In this document: in pieces, positions 43,507 through 52,625 of the stretch | How positions within the stretch are numbered: the stretch's first letter is position 1 | Layout: each line of letters begins with the position of its first letter | Source: an uncultured Actinomycetota bacterium | GTDB taxonomy: Bacteria > Actinomycetota > Actinomycetes > JAHEKZ01 | Direction of reading: 5' to 3' | NCBI GenBank assembly: GCA_963829525.1 | Contig: CAWHIJ010000003.1 | Coordinates: 192,001 to 256,000, forward strand | DNA length: 64,000 nucleotides | Translations under genes and position numbers: made by a program | Notes under the pieces: generated by a model | Database searches by the model: none | The model's input: the letters and a program-made list of their open reading frames with translations, nothing else | Told to the model about the DNA's origin: nothing

Positions 43507-44841
43507 GTAGTGGCCCTGGAAGGCAACAGTGATCGTTGCCGTCGGGCCGTTGCGGTGCTTGGCGACGATGAAGTCGGCCTCGCCGGCGCGCGGTGACTCG
43601 CGTTCGTAGGCATCCTCGCGGTGGAGCAGGATCACCATGTCGGAGTCCTGCTCGATCGAGCCGGACTCACGAAGGTCGGACAGCATCGGCTTCTTGTCGG
43701 TGCGCTGCTCGGGTCCGCGGTTGAGCTGACTGAGCGCCACGACCGGAAGCTCGAGCTCCTTGGCAAGCAGCTTGAGGGCACGGGAGAACTCCGCGACCTC
43801 TTGCTGGCGGCTCTCGACACGCTTTCCACTGCTCATCAGCTGCAGGTAGTCGACGACAACGAGCTTGAGATCGTGTCGCTGCTTGAGGCGTCGACACTTC
43901 GCCCGGATCTCCATCATGGTCATGTTCGGGCTGTCGTCGATGAAGAGCGGTGCGCTGGCAACCTCGGACATCTTGCGGGCGAGCTTGGTCCAGTCGTCGT
44001 CACCGAGACTGCCGGTGCGCATGTGGTGCAGACCGACCCGAGCCTCCGCCGACAGCAGACGCATGGTGATCTCGTTGCGCGTCATCTCCAAAGAGAAGAT
44101 CACGCTCGTCAGACCGCTCTTGATCGATGCCGAACGGGCGAAGTCGAGGGCAAGGGTGGACTTACCCAAACCAGGGCGCGCGGCCACGACAACGAGTTGA
44201 CCTGGGTGCAGACCGTTGGTGAGAGCGTCGAGGTCGGTGAAGCCGGTAGGGACGCCGACCATGGTGCCACCGCGCGAGCCGATGGCCTCGATCTCGTCGA
44301 GGGTGCCCTCCATGATCTCAGCGAGTGGAGCGTAATCCTCGCTCGTTCGCCGCTCGGTGACGGAGTAGATCTCAGCCTGTGCGCGGTCGACGACCTCGTC
44401 GACCTCACCTGTGTCGGCGTATCCCATCTGGGTGATCCGGGTGCCTGCCTCCACAAGGCGGCGGAGGATGGCACGCTCGGAGACGATCCGGGCGTAGTAC
44501 CCGGCGTTGGCCGCAGTCGGCACCGAGGAGATGAGGGTGTGGAGATAAGGAGCGCCGCCGACTCGCCCGAGCTCTCCGCGCTTGGTGAGCTCGGCGGAGA
44601 GCGTGATCGCGTCAGCTGGTTCACCGCGTCCGTAGAGGTCAAGGACAGCCTCGTAGATCGTCTGGTGAGCCGGCTTGTAGAAGTCGTCACCCCGCAGGGC
44701 CTCGACGACATCGGCGATAGCGTCCTTGGAAAGGAGCATTCCCCCGAGGACGCTCTGTTCGGCCTCCAGGTCCTGGGGCGGGATGCGGTCGAAGGCGGCG
44801 AAGTCGGCACCACCGCGTCCTGGCAGCTCGGCGACCGTCAC
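43477..44841 (-). CDS. dnaB: Replicative DNA helicase (no intein)
   Basis: PPQDLEAEQSVLG, AARPGLGKST, DYLQLM, SDLRESGSIEQD; GTG 44841 follows an AAGGAGG RBS. Confidence 0.96.
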   Translation of the reverse strand: MTVAELPGRGGADFAAFDRIPPQDLEAEQSVLGGMLLSKDAIADVVEALRGDDFYKPAHQTIYEAVLDLYGRGEPADAITLSAELTKRGELGRVGGAPYLHTLISSVPTAANAGYYARIVSERAILRRLVEAGTRITQMGYADTGEVDEVVDRAQAEIYSVTERRTSEDYAPLAEIMEGTLDEIEAIGSRGGTMVGVPTGFTDLDALTNGLHPGQLVVVAARPGLGKSTLALDFARSASIKSGLTSVIFSLEMTRNEITMRLLSAEARVGLHHMRTGSLGDDDWTKLARKMSEVASAPLFIDDSPNMTMMEIRAKCRRLKQRHDLKLVVVDYLQLMSSGKRVESRQQEVAEFSRALKLLAKELELPVVALSQLNRGPEQRTDKKPMLSDLRESGSIEQDSDMVILLHREDAYERESPRAGEADFIVAKHRNGPTATITVAFQGHYSRFVDMAHG

Positions 44842-44940
44842 CGGCGCCCTCCTTCTTCCACGTCGTACCCGGTGGACCGGGGCGTGCCGCCCGTCCACTG
44901 ATGGTTCTACCGGGCCGGTCCGACAGTCCCCAAGTTGCCC

Positions 44941-45090
44941 TGTGGACGAAGCTGGGGATAGTTGACCCAATCTTGGGGAAACCCTCACCCGGACCGGGGA
45001 AAGACCTGGGGACGCACCTGGGGATTGTTTCTGAACTGGGCGCGTATCGGGCGCTGACCTGCACGATCTGCGTCCACGGCCTGTGGACGC
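44941..45090. promoter_or_regulatory. Cluster of degenerate DnaA-box-like 9-mers upstream of dnaB
   Basis: TGTGGACGA 44941, TGGGGATAG 44953, TGGGGACGC 45007, TGGGGATTG 45019, GCGTCCACG 45070, TGTGGACGC 45082. Confidence 0.5.
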
Positions 45091-45188
45091 AAGTCGAAAC
45101 GGCAGTTCTCACATGCTGGACGTCCAGCGGCCCCGGCGAGGACCAGCGAGATCACCGGAGCGGAACGACCCTGCGTCGCGCGCCTGGG

Positions 45189-45641
45189 TCAGGCTGAGGC
45201 CGGAACGACGTCGACCTCGACCTCCGCGTCCACCTCGGGGTGGAGCGCAACAGTGACCGAGTGCGCTCCTACCGTCTTGATCGGCGCAGTCAGCTGCACC
45301 GACCGCTTGTCCAGGGCCGGCCCACCAGCAGCCGCGACCGCATCGACGATGTCAGACACGGTGACGGCGCCAAAGAGACGGCCGGCATCGCCGGCCCGGA
45401 CCTCAAGCGTGACCGAGAGCGACGCGAGCTGCGCCTTGACCTCGTTGGCGTGCCCGAGATCGCGGATGGCGCGAGCGTCCTGCGAACGCTTGATCGTGCT
45501 GATCTGCTTCTCGCCACCACGCGACCAGGGCAGCGCCATGCCTCGCGGCAGCAGGAAGTTCCGGCCGTAACCGTCCCTGACCTCGACGATGTCGCCCGGC
45601 GCACCGAGACCGTTGACGTCTTGCGTAAGGATGAGCTTCAT
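45189..45641 (-). CDS. rplI: 50S ribosomal protein L9
   Basis: [26 protein letters not shown]. Confidence 0.97.
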   Translation of the reverse strand: MKLILTQDVNGLGAPGDIVEVRDGYGRNFLLPRGMALPWSRGGEKQISTIKRSQDARAIRDLGHANEVKAQLASLSVTLEVRAGDAGRLFGAVTVSDIVDAVAAAGGPALDKRSVQLTAPIKTVGAHSVTVALHPEVDAEVEVDVVPASA

Positions 45642-45664
45642 CTCGTGACCCTTTCTCAGCGTTC

Positions 45665-45901
45665 TCAGCGGGCCGTCGACGAGTAGGGCATAAGTGCCAT
45701 CTCGCGGCTGTTCTTGATCGCCATGGCGATGTCGCGCTGGTGCTGCGTGCAGTTGCCGGTCACTCGGCGAGCGCGGATCTTGCCACGGTCGGACACGAAC
45801 TTGCGCAGCAAGGTCGTGTCTTTGTAGTCAATCGTCTGCGGGTTCTTCTTGCAGAACTGGCAGACCTTCTTCTTGGGCTTCCGAAGCGGAGGCTTGGCCA
45901 T
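45665..45901 (-). CDS. rpsR: 30S ribosomal protein S18 (Zn-binding C+ form)
   Basis: [25 protein letters not shown]. Confidence 0.97.
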   Translation of the reverse strand: MAKPPLRKPKKKVCQFCKKNPQTIDYKDTTLLRKFVSDRGKIRARRVTGNCTQHQRDIAMAIKNSREMALMPYSSTAR

Positions 45902-45988
45902 CGTGGTGCTCCTGTGAGTTCAGGGCCCCGCGTCAACGGGGATGGGATGAATGGGTGGTGTGGGGCTTGTGAGGCTTGTGCCGATCTG

Positions 45989-46462
45989 TCAGAACGGCGG
46001 TTCGTCGTCAGCAGCCGGAGCCGATGCCCACGGGTCCTCGGCCGGAGCCGACGCTGCGACCGGTGCTCCGCCGCCGAAGCCGCCGCCACCGCCGCCGCGG
46101 GTGACCTTGGCGACCTTGGCCGTTGCGTACTTCAGCGAAGGGCCGACCTCGTCGACGTCGAGCTCATAGACCGTGCGCTTCTCGCCCTCGCGCGTCTCGT
46201 ACGAACGTTGCTTGAGGCGTCCCTGCACGATGACCCGAGCACCTTTGGTAAGGGTCTCGGCCACGTTCTCGGCGGCCTGGCGCCAGATCGAGCAACGCAG
46301 GAAGAGTGCGTCGCCGTCCTTCCAGTCGCTGGTGTTCTTGTCGAAGAAGCGCGGGGTCGACGCCACAGTGAAATTGGCGACGGCTGCACCCGACGATGTG
46401 AAGCGAAGCTCCGGGTCGTCAGTGAGGTTGCCGACCACGGTGATGATGGTTTCGCCAGCCAT
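45989..46462 (-). CDS. ssb: Single-stranded DNA-binding protein
   Basis: [22 protein letters not shown]; C-terminal DDEPPF. Confidence 0.97.
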   Translation of the reverse strand: MAGETIITVVGNLTDDPELRFTSSGAAVANFTVASTPRFFDKNTSDWKDGDALFLRCSIWRQAAENVAETLTKGARVIVQGRLKQRSYETREGEKRTVYELDVDEVGPSLKYATAKVAKVTRGGGGGGFGGGAPVAASAPAEDPWASAPAADDEPPF

Positions 46463-46470
46463 GGCAGCGC

Positions 46471-46761
46471 CTACTTCCCGTCCTTGCGGACGACCTTGGT
46501 CCGCAAGACGGCTTCGGTCAGGTTCAGCTGGCGGTCGAGTTCCTTGACCGTGTCTGGCTGGGCCTGCATGTCGATGACGGCATAGATGCCGTCGCTCTTC
46601 TTGTCGATCTCGTGGGCGAGGCGACGGCGTCCCCAGATGTCGACCTTCTCCACGGTGCCGCCATCTTTGGTGATGACGGTCAGGAACTGGTCGAGCGAGG
46701 GAGCGACGGTGCGCTCTTCGAGGTCGGGGTCGAGGATGACCATGAGCTCGTACTGACGCAT
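46471..46761 (-). CDS. rpsF: 30S ribosomal protein S6
   Basis: [19 protein letters not shown]; GGAGGTG RBS. Confidence 0.96.
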   Translation of the reverse strand: MRQYELMVILDPDLEERTVAPSLDQFLTVITKDGGTVEKVDIWGRRRLAHEIDKKSDGIYAVIDMQAQPDTVKELDRQLNLTEAVLRTKVVRKDGK

Positions 46762-46767
46762 GCGTTC

Positions 46768-46819
46768 TCCACCTCCTTCGGACTTGAAGCGGTCACGGAC
46801 GATCCGTGACAGGAGGGCG
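46768..46819 (-). ncRNA. S6:S18 ribosomal protein leader
   Basis: CCCTCCT-GTCACGGA-TCG-TCCGTGAC-CGC...CCGAAGGAGGTG directly upstream of rpsF. Confidence 0.75.
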
Positions 46820-46970
46820 ATGCGATCATTGTGTGCCCGAGCGCAGATGCCCGGGGACAGCCTGGTCAGACTACCCGCCGGATGTGCACCGGACGAAATC
46901 GGCTGGGGACCATTGCCGGGGCGCCGTGCTGTGGGCACCCCCCAGATGGTCGCCCGATTACGCTGCCGCC

Positions 46971-47756
46971 ATGCGAATCGCGACGTGGAACGTCAACTCG
47001 ATCACGGCTCGGCTCCCTCGCGTCACAGAGTGGCTGCAGGTCAGCGGCACCGACGTGCTCTGCGTGCAGGAGACGAAGGTCGCGGCCGACAAGTTCCCCG
47101 CCGCAGCCTTCAGCGAGCTGGGGTACGAGACGGCCCACCACGGCGAAGGGCGATGGAACGGCGTTGCCGTCATCTCCCGGGTCGGCATCGAATCCGTCGA
47201 GCGGGGATTTCCCGGCGACCCCGGGTTCCCCGACGATGAGACGCTCGAGGCGCGAGCGATGGGCGCGACCTGTGGGGGCGTCCGCGTCTGGTCGCTGTAC
47301 GTCCCCAACGGTCGGACTCCCGATGACCCGCACTACGCGTACAAGCTGGCGTGGTTCTCAGCGCTCACCGCCCACCTCCAGGAACAGGCAGCAGCGCTGA
47401 CACCACTGGCAGTCGTTGGTGACTTCAACGTGGCGCCCACCGACGCTGACGTCTGGGACCCAGCGCAGTTTGCGGGAGCAACCCACGTCACTGACGCCGA
47501 GCGCGCAGCATTCGAACGTGTCAAAGCCCTTGGTCTGCGCGACGTCTTCCCGCGTGCGCTCAAGGGAGACCACCCCTTCACCTTCTGGGACTATCGCGAC
47601 GGTGCCTTCCACCGGGGCATGGGCATGCGGATCGACTTCGTGCTCGCCAATCCCACCCTTCAATCGGCGGTGACCGACGCGTACGTCGACCGCGAGGCAC
47701 GCAAGGGCAAGGGTGCGAGCGACCACGCGCCCGTCGTCGTCGACGTCGAGCTCTGA
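46971..47756 (+). CDS. xth: Exodeoxyribonuclease III
   Basis: [33 protein letters not shown]. Confidence 0.93.
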   Translation: MRIATWNVNSITARLPRVTEWLQVSGTDVLCVQETKVAADKFPAAAFSELGYETAHHGEGRWNGVAVISRVGIESVERGFPGDPGFPDDETLEARAMGATCGGVRVWSLYVPNGRTPDDPHYAYKLAWFSALTAHLQEQAAALTPLAVVGDFNVAPTDADVWDPAQFAGATHVTDAERAAFERVKALGLRDVFPRALKGDHPFTFWDYRDGAFHRGMGMRIDFVLANPTLQSAVTDAYVDREARKGKGASDHAPVVVDVEL

Positions 47757-47813
47757 CCGTCGTACTTCTCGCGCGGCGGAGGCGACAAGGGTGGCCCTAC
47801 TAGGCTGACGGCC

Positions 47814-48932
47814 GTGAATCAGCCTCTGGTGGTCAGACCGATCACCGCCGACGAGCATCTGGCCGTCGTGACCGACTCCAGTGGCTCCTTCCTCCAGACA
47901 CCTGCCTGGGGCTCGGTGAAGATCGACTGGCACCACGAGAGCCTCGGATGGTTCGACGGGGTCGACCTGGTGGGCGCCGCCCTGGTCCTCTATCGGTCGG
48001 TGCCGCGGACCAGGCGGTCACTTGCCTACCTGCCCGAAGGTCCGGTCATTGACTGGCAGCGATACGCCGCTGGCACGGTGACCGCCCCCCTGCTCAAGCA
48101 CCTGCGACACCGCAAAGTGTTCTCGGTGAAGATGGGCCCCCCGGTCGTGGCCCGCCGCTGGGAGAGCCGGTCGTTGAAGGATGCGATCGCAGCCGACGAC
48201 GTGCTGCGGCTCTCCGATGTACCAGCTGACGTCACCTCGAGCACGGCGGACGCGGTCGTGGCATCGCTGAAGGCCGGCGGTTGGACGCGGCAGAGCTCAG
48301 GTGCCGGCTTCGGCGACTTTCAGCCCCGCTACGTCTTCCAGGTCCCTCTCGCGGACCGCTCACTCGATGAGGTGTTCGGCGGCTTCAACCAACTGTGGCG
48401 TCGAAACATCCGTAAGGCCCAGAAGTCCGATGTAGAGGTGACCCTCGGTGATGCATCAGACCTTCCTGCCTTTCACGAGGTGTACGTCGAGACGGCACGG
48501 CGCGACGCCTTCACACCACGGCCTCTCAGCTACTTCCAACGGATGTGGGATGCCATGAGGGCCGAGGCCGGTGCTGATCGCATTCGGCTGTACCTGGCTC
48601 GGCATGAAGGGCGCGTCCTGGCCGCGACCACGTGGGTCAAGGTCGGGACACACGTCTGGTACTCCTACGGTGCCTCTTCTACCGCGGGTCGCGAGCTGCG
48701 TCCCAGCAATGCCATCCAGTGGAAGATGATCGAGGACGCCCACGCCGCCGGAGCTGCGGTGTACGACCTGCGTGGCATCACCGACACGCTCGACCCGAGC
48801 GACCCGCTGTTCGGACTCATCCAGTTCAAAGTGGGGACCGGCGGCGAGGCCGTCGAGTACGTCGGGGAGTGGGACTATCCGCTCAACCGGCTTCTGCACA
48901 AAGCCTTCACCTACTACATGGGGCGCCGGTAG
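47814..48932 (+). CDS. femX: FemABX family lipid II aminoacyltransferase (FemX)
   Basis: SFLQTPAW, LAYLPEGP, QPRYVFQ, WYSYGASS, YDLRG..FKVGTGG. Confidence 0.88.
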   Translation: MNQPLVVRPITADEHLAVVTDSSGSFLQTPAWGSVKIDWHHESLGWFDGVDLVGAALVLYRSVPRTRRSLAYLPEGPVIDWQRYAAGTVTAPLLKHLRHRKVFSVKMGPPVVARRWESRSLKDAIAADDVLRLSDVPADVTSSTADAVVASLKAGGWTRQSSGAGFGDFQPRYVFQVPLADRSLDEVFGGFNQLWRRNIRKAQKSDVEVTLGDASDLPAFHEVYVETARRDAFTPRPLSYFQRMWDAMRAEAGADRIRLYLARHEGRVLAATTWVKVGTHVWYSYGASSTAGRELRPSNAIQWKMIEDAHAAGAAVYDLRGITDTLDPSDPLFGLIQFKVGTGGEAVEYVGEWDYPLNRLLHKAFTYYMGRR

Positions 48933-48935
48933 CAG

Positions 48936-49970
48936 ATGTTTTCACTCCACATCGAGTCCGAGCGGTGGCGTGCCAACGCCGTGGCCCTCACTACCCAGAT
49001 CCCCGCGATCGTGCCCGTCGCGAAAGGCAACGGATATGGGTTCGGGCTACCGATGCTCGGGGCTGAATCTGAGCGTCTCGGCTGTGACACGCTCGCTGTC
49101 GGCACCCTGGACGAAGCGCCCATGGTGCACGACGCCTTCCGCGGGGACGTCCTGGTCATGACCCCCTGGCACCCAGCGATCGACCCCGAGCCTGCCGACG
49201 ACGCCCGACTGATCCTCACTGCATCATCCCCCGAGGCCGTGCGGGCCTTGTCCGGCCATGGGCGCCGCGTCGTGGTCGAGCTGTTGACCTCGATGCGTCG
49301 ATTCGGCCTGGACGAAGAAGCTGTCGCCACGGCCGTTCCCGATATCCGGCGACTGGCACTGGAGGGCTTTGCCCTGCACCTACCCATCGACGACGGTGAG
49401 CTGCCGCGTGTCGAGGAAATCAGTAGCTGGGTCAGCACCTTGCGACGCCACCAGTTGCCGACCGACACACTCTGGGTCAGCCACGTGTCAAACGCCGAGC
49501 TGGCGACGCTGCACCGCCGACACCCCGAAACCCGATTCCGTCCGCGAATCGGCACTGCGCTGTGGCTCGGCGACCGAGATTCCTACCGAGCGCGGGGAAT
49601 GGTGCTCGCCGTGCATCCCACCCGTCGAGGAGTTCGGTTCGGTTACCGGCAGCGCAAGGCTCCAGGAGATGGCCACCTGCTCATCGTCGGAGGAGGAACC
49701 TCCCACGGCGTGGCACTGTCGGCACCTCGTTCTGTCACCGGCCTGACGCCGAGGTTCAAACTCGCAGCCGAGGGTGCACTGGAAGCTGGCGGGCGGGCCT
49801 TGTCGCCCTTCTACGTGGCAGGGCGGCGTCGCTGGTTCGCTGAGCCACCGCACATGCAGGTTTCCATGGTTTGGCTGCCGTCTGGGGTCACCCCACCCGT
49901 AGTCGGTGACCAGGTAGACGCCGACCTCCGGATGACAACAGCGACATTCGACCGCGTCATCCTGCACTGA
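48936..49970 (+). CDS. Alanine racemase-family protein
   Basis: VPVAKGNGYGFG PLP lysine motif, RIGTALW, FAEPPHMQVS. Confidence 0.82.
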   Translation: MFSLHIESERWRANAVALTTQIPAIVPVAKGNGYGFGLPMLGAESERLGCDTLAVGTLDEAPMVHDAFRGDVLVMTPWHPAIDPEPADDARLILTASSPEAVRALSGHGRRVVVELLTSMRRFGLDEEAVATAVPDIRRLALEGFALHLPIDDGELPRVEEISSWVSTLRRHQLPTDTLWVSHVSNAELATLHRRHPETRFRPRIGTALWLGDRDSYRARGMVLAVHPTRRGVRFGYRQRKAPGDGHLLIVGGGTSHGVALSAPRSVTGLTPRFKLAAEGALEAGGRALSPFYVAGRRRWFAEPPHMQVSMVWLPSGVTPPVVGDQVDADLRMTTATFDRVILH

Positions 49971-50029
49971 CGTTCCTGCACTAGCGTTGGGATTGTGCGT
50001 CCACGAGGGGTGGCGTCCAGGCGAAGGCG

Positions 50030-50962
50030 GTGGCGATGCGACTGCGACCGGGGAGCTCCCGCGACGTAGCGACTTTCGCGCGCCTCATCAACGCTGAGAG
50101 CCAATGGCTGCGTGGTGAGGACTCATGGCAAGAAGACGAGCTGGCAGCCATCCTCATCAGTGCTACGGGTGAGCCCGCTGACAACGACCGATACCTCGAG
50201 GTGGGCGGCGAGACGGTCGCGGCCGTTCACGTACACATGAGCGAGCCGTTCATCAAAGGCACGATCCATCTGGCTCTGCCACCTGGACCACGTCGCGCAG
50301 AGTACGCGCGCACACTTGTCGATGCTGCTGCACGCATCGTGCAGAGCAGCCCGCACACTTCGCCGGGCGCCGACCTGCAGCTTGACGTGGCGCGCGAGGA
50401 CGTCGAGCTGCTCACCATCCTCGATGCACTTGGTTTTGGCGTCATACAGAAAGAGACCATCCTCGAGGGCGACATCTTTGATGCACCGGCTCCATCCTGG
50501 CCGGCAGACGTCAAGGTCTCGACGTTCAGCGTGACCCGCGATCTAAAGGACGGGTACGAGGTGATCCGCGAGGCGTTCGTCCCCAAACTGGGTGGCTGGC
50601 ATCTTTCGTGGGACGACTACGAGTACAGCGTGCAGAACGATCCAACTGCCCTACCAGGCCTTTCGGTCATCGTGCGCGACTCCCACGGACCCCTGGCGAT
50701 CGCGCTGAACTTCATGGACACCACCAAGGAGAACACCGGGCTGACCGGCGCTCTAGGTGTGCGCGAGCGGCGACGTGGCCGGGGCCTCGGGCGTGCGTTG
50801 CTACTCGAGTCCTTCGACCGGTTTCGCAGCCGGGGATGGGCACACGCCCGGCTTGCCACCGTCCTTGGGATGGACCTCGACGACAACAACTACGCCCTGT
50901 ACACAGCGGTTGGCATGCGACCGCTCTTCGACAACCTCGTCCTGACGAGGAGCCTCAAGTAG
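50030..50962 (+). CDS. GNAT family acetyltransferase (two-domain)
   Basis: LGVRERRRGRGLGRALLLESF acetyl-CoA motif. Confidence 0.8.
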   Translation: MAMRLRPGSSRDVATFARLINAESQWLRGEDSWQEDELAAILISATGEPADNDRYLEVGGETVAAVHVHMSEPFIKGTIHLALPPGPRRAEYARTLVDAAARIVQSSPHTSPGADLQLDVAREDVELLTILDALGFGVIQKETILEGDIFDAPAPSWPADVKVSTFSVTRDLKDGYEVIREAFVPKLGGWHLSWDDYEYSVQNDPTALPGLSVIVRDSHGPLAIALNFMDTTKENTGLTGALGVRERRRGRGLGRALLLESFDRFRSRGWAHARLATVLGMDLDDNNYALYTAVGMRPLFDNLVLTRSLK

Positions 50963-50972
50963 TCGAACGTGA

Positions 50973-51188
50973 CGCTTACGAGCAAGAGAAGCCGGAATCG
51001 CCCAGGCACTCTTCAACGAGTCTCTCGCTCGGTTTGCCGCCCAGGGATGGACTCACGGGCGGCTCACGGCCATTACCCCGGCAAGTGGAACCGGCGGTGA
51101 GAACGCCATTGGCTTCTTCAGGTCAGTGGGAATGCCGATGGTCTACGACCACGGCATCCTCGCGCGGCCCCTCGTCGCGCGCCGCTGA
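50973..51188 (+). pseudogene. C-terminal remnant of a second GNAT paralog
   Basis: Startless frame GIAQALFNESLARFAAQGWTHGRL..FFRSVGMPMVYDHGILARPL aligns by eye with the upstream GNAT C-terminus. Confidence 0.7.
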
Positions 51189-52583
51189 GCGACGTCGCAA
51201 CGCAACTCTGTCGGGTGCGCCGTCCAGCACGCCACCGCCCGGATCGTCCTCGACGAGGCTGTTGCGGACTGGATCGTGCTCTGGACGCACAATGTCGCGT
51301 ACCACCAGTCCGGCGAATGCCAACGTGGCAGCCACATGCACCGCGATCGCCGCCCAGTAGTAGGTGTCGGGTAACCCCTGCTCAGGTTTGACCTGCCAGA
51401 TGATGTACCACCAGACCGCGAAGAAGTAGATGGCCTCGGCAGCCTGCCACCACAGGAAGTCACGCCATCTGGGTCGAGCGAGCACTGCCAGTGGGATCAG
51501 CCAAACGACGAACTGCGGCGAGTAGACCTTGTTGGTGACCACGAATGCGGCGATGGTCAAGAAGGCAACCTGGTGGAACCTAGGACGCCGCGGGGCAACA
51601 AGGACGAGCACTCCGATACCAGCGCAGAGCCCTACGAACACCCCGGTTGCCCACAGGTTGAGCTGGCCTATGGACAGGTTGACGTCAAAAGCATCGCGCA
51701 GCACCAGCCACGGTGATCCGAAGTCCGCACCACGTTCGCTCGAGAACTTGTAGAAGCGCGCCCAACCCTCGAACCGCGCCATCATGATCGGCACGTTTGC
51801 CGCCAGCCACATGAGAGCAGCGCCACCCAGCGTCAGGAACCAATAACGCAGCCGCCCAGCACGCAGGCACAGCACGAACAGTGGCCCCAAGAGGAGTATG
51901 GGGTAGAACTTGAAGGACGCACCCAGCCCCAGCAGAAGTCCAGCCATCACCGGATAGCGGCGAGACCATGCAAGGAACGCGAGCGCGGTCGCCGCAACAG
52001 CCCATAGATCCCAGTTGATGGTCGATGCCAGAATCATTCCCGGTGCTACCGCCACCATGGCCGCGTCCCAAGGCCGCCGTCTTACCGTGAGCGCGGTCGC
52101 CCACACGGTTACAGCCAGGAGCAGGGCGATCAGGGTCGCGTTGATCGCGTAGTAGGCGCGAGCTCTCGTGTCGGGTGCCCAGTTGTCCGAGATCGGTACC
52201 CCGAGGGCATACATGACAGCACCAGTGAGCACTGGGTACTCGATCTCTTCGTCTCCGGTGGTGGCCGGGTCCTCGACGTAGGGCAGGACACCCTCGTCGA
52301 TGCCGCGGCTCCAGTAAAGATGGACGATGTCGCTATAGCAGCCTCGACTGAACGTCTCGTACCCATCGCCCCATGCCTTGGTGCTACAGGGCGAGTCGAT
52401 TGCCGCGCCAAGCGCTGAAGCCAAGATCGACAGCAGTAGAACGATCCGCAGCGGTGTCCACCACGATCGCCGATGGACTGCGCGCCGTCCGATAGGTCCA
52501 CCAATAACTGTGCTGGCTCCCGCGACGATCGGGTCGTCCCGGGTCGGCAGGACGAAGTCGTCAGAGGCGCGCACGTCCGTCAT
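51123..52583 (-). CDS. Glycosyltransferase family 87 (DUF2029) membrane protein
   Basis: CYSDIVHL, EYPVLTG, INWDL, NKVYSPQF. Confidence 0.88.
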   Translation of the reverse strand: MTDVRASDDFVLPTRDDPIVAGASTVIGGPIGRRAVHRRSWWTPLRIVLLLSILASALGAAIDSPCSTKAWGDGYETFSRGCYSDIVHLYWSRGIDEGVLPYVEDPATTGDEEIEYPVLTGAVMYALGVPISDNWAPDTRARAYYAINATLIALLLAVTVWATALTVRRRPWDAAMVAVAPGMILASTINWDLWAVAATALAFLAWSRRYPVMAGLLLGLGASFKFYPILLLGPLFVLCLRAGRLRYWFLTLGGAALMWLAANVPIMMARFEGWARFYKFSSERGADFGSPWLVLRDAFDVNLSIGQLNLWATGVFVGLCAGIGVLVLVAPRRPRFHQVAFLTIAAFVVTNKVYSPQFVVWLIPLAVLARPRWRDFLWWQAAEAIYFFAVWWYIIWQVKPEQGLPDTYYWAAIAVHVAATLAFAGLVVRDIVRPEHDPVRNSLVEDDPGGGVLDGAPDRVALRRRSAARDEGPREDAVVVDHRHSH

Positions 52584-52625
52584 TGTGCCGTGCAGACACT
52601 GGTTCATGGGTCAGCGGCGCCCTCA

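Noticed and set aside
43477-44841. Intein in dnaB
   Set aside because: The helicase motifs are contiguous and the length is normal
43621-44901. 426-aa plus-strand ORF
   Set aside because: Antisense shadow of dnaB
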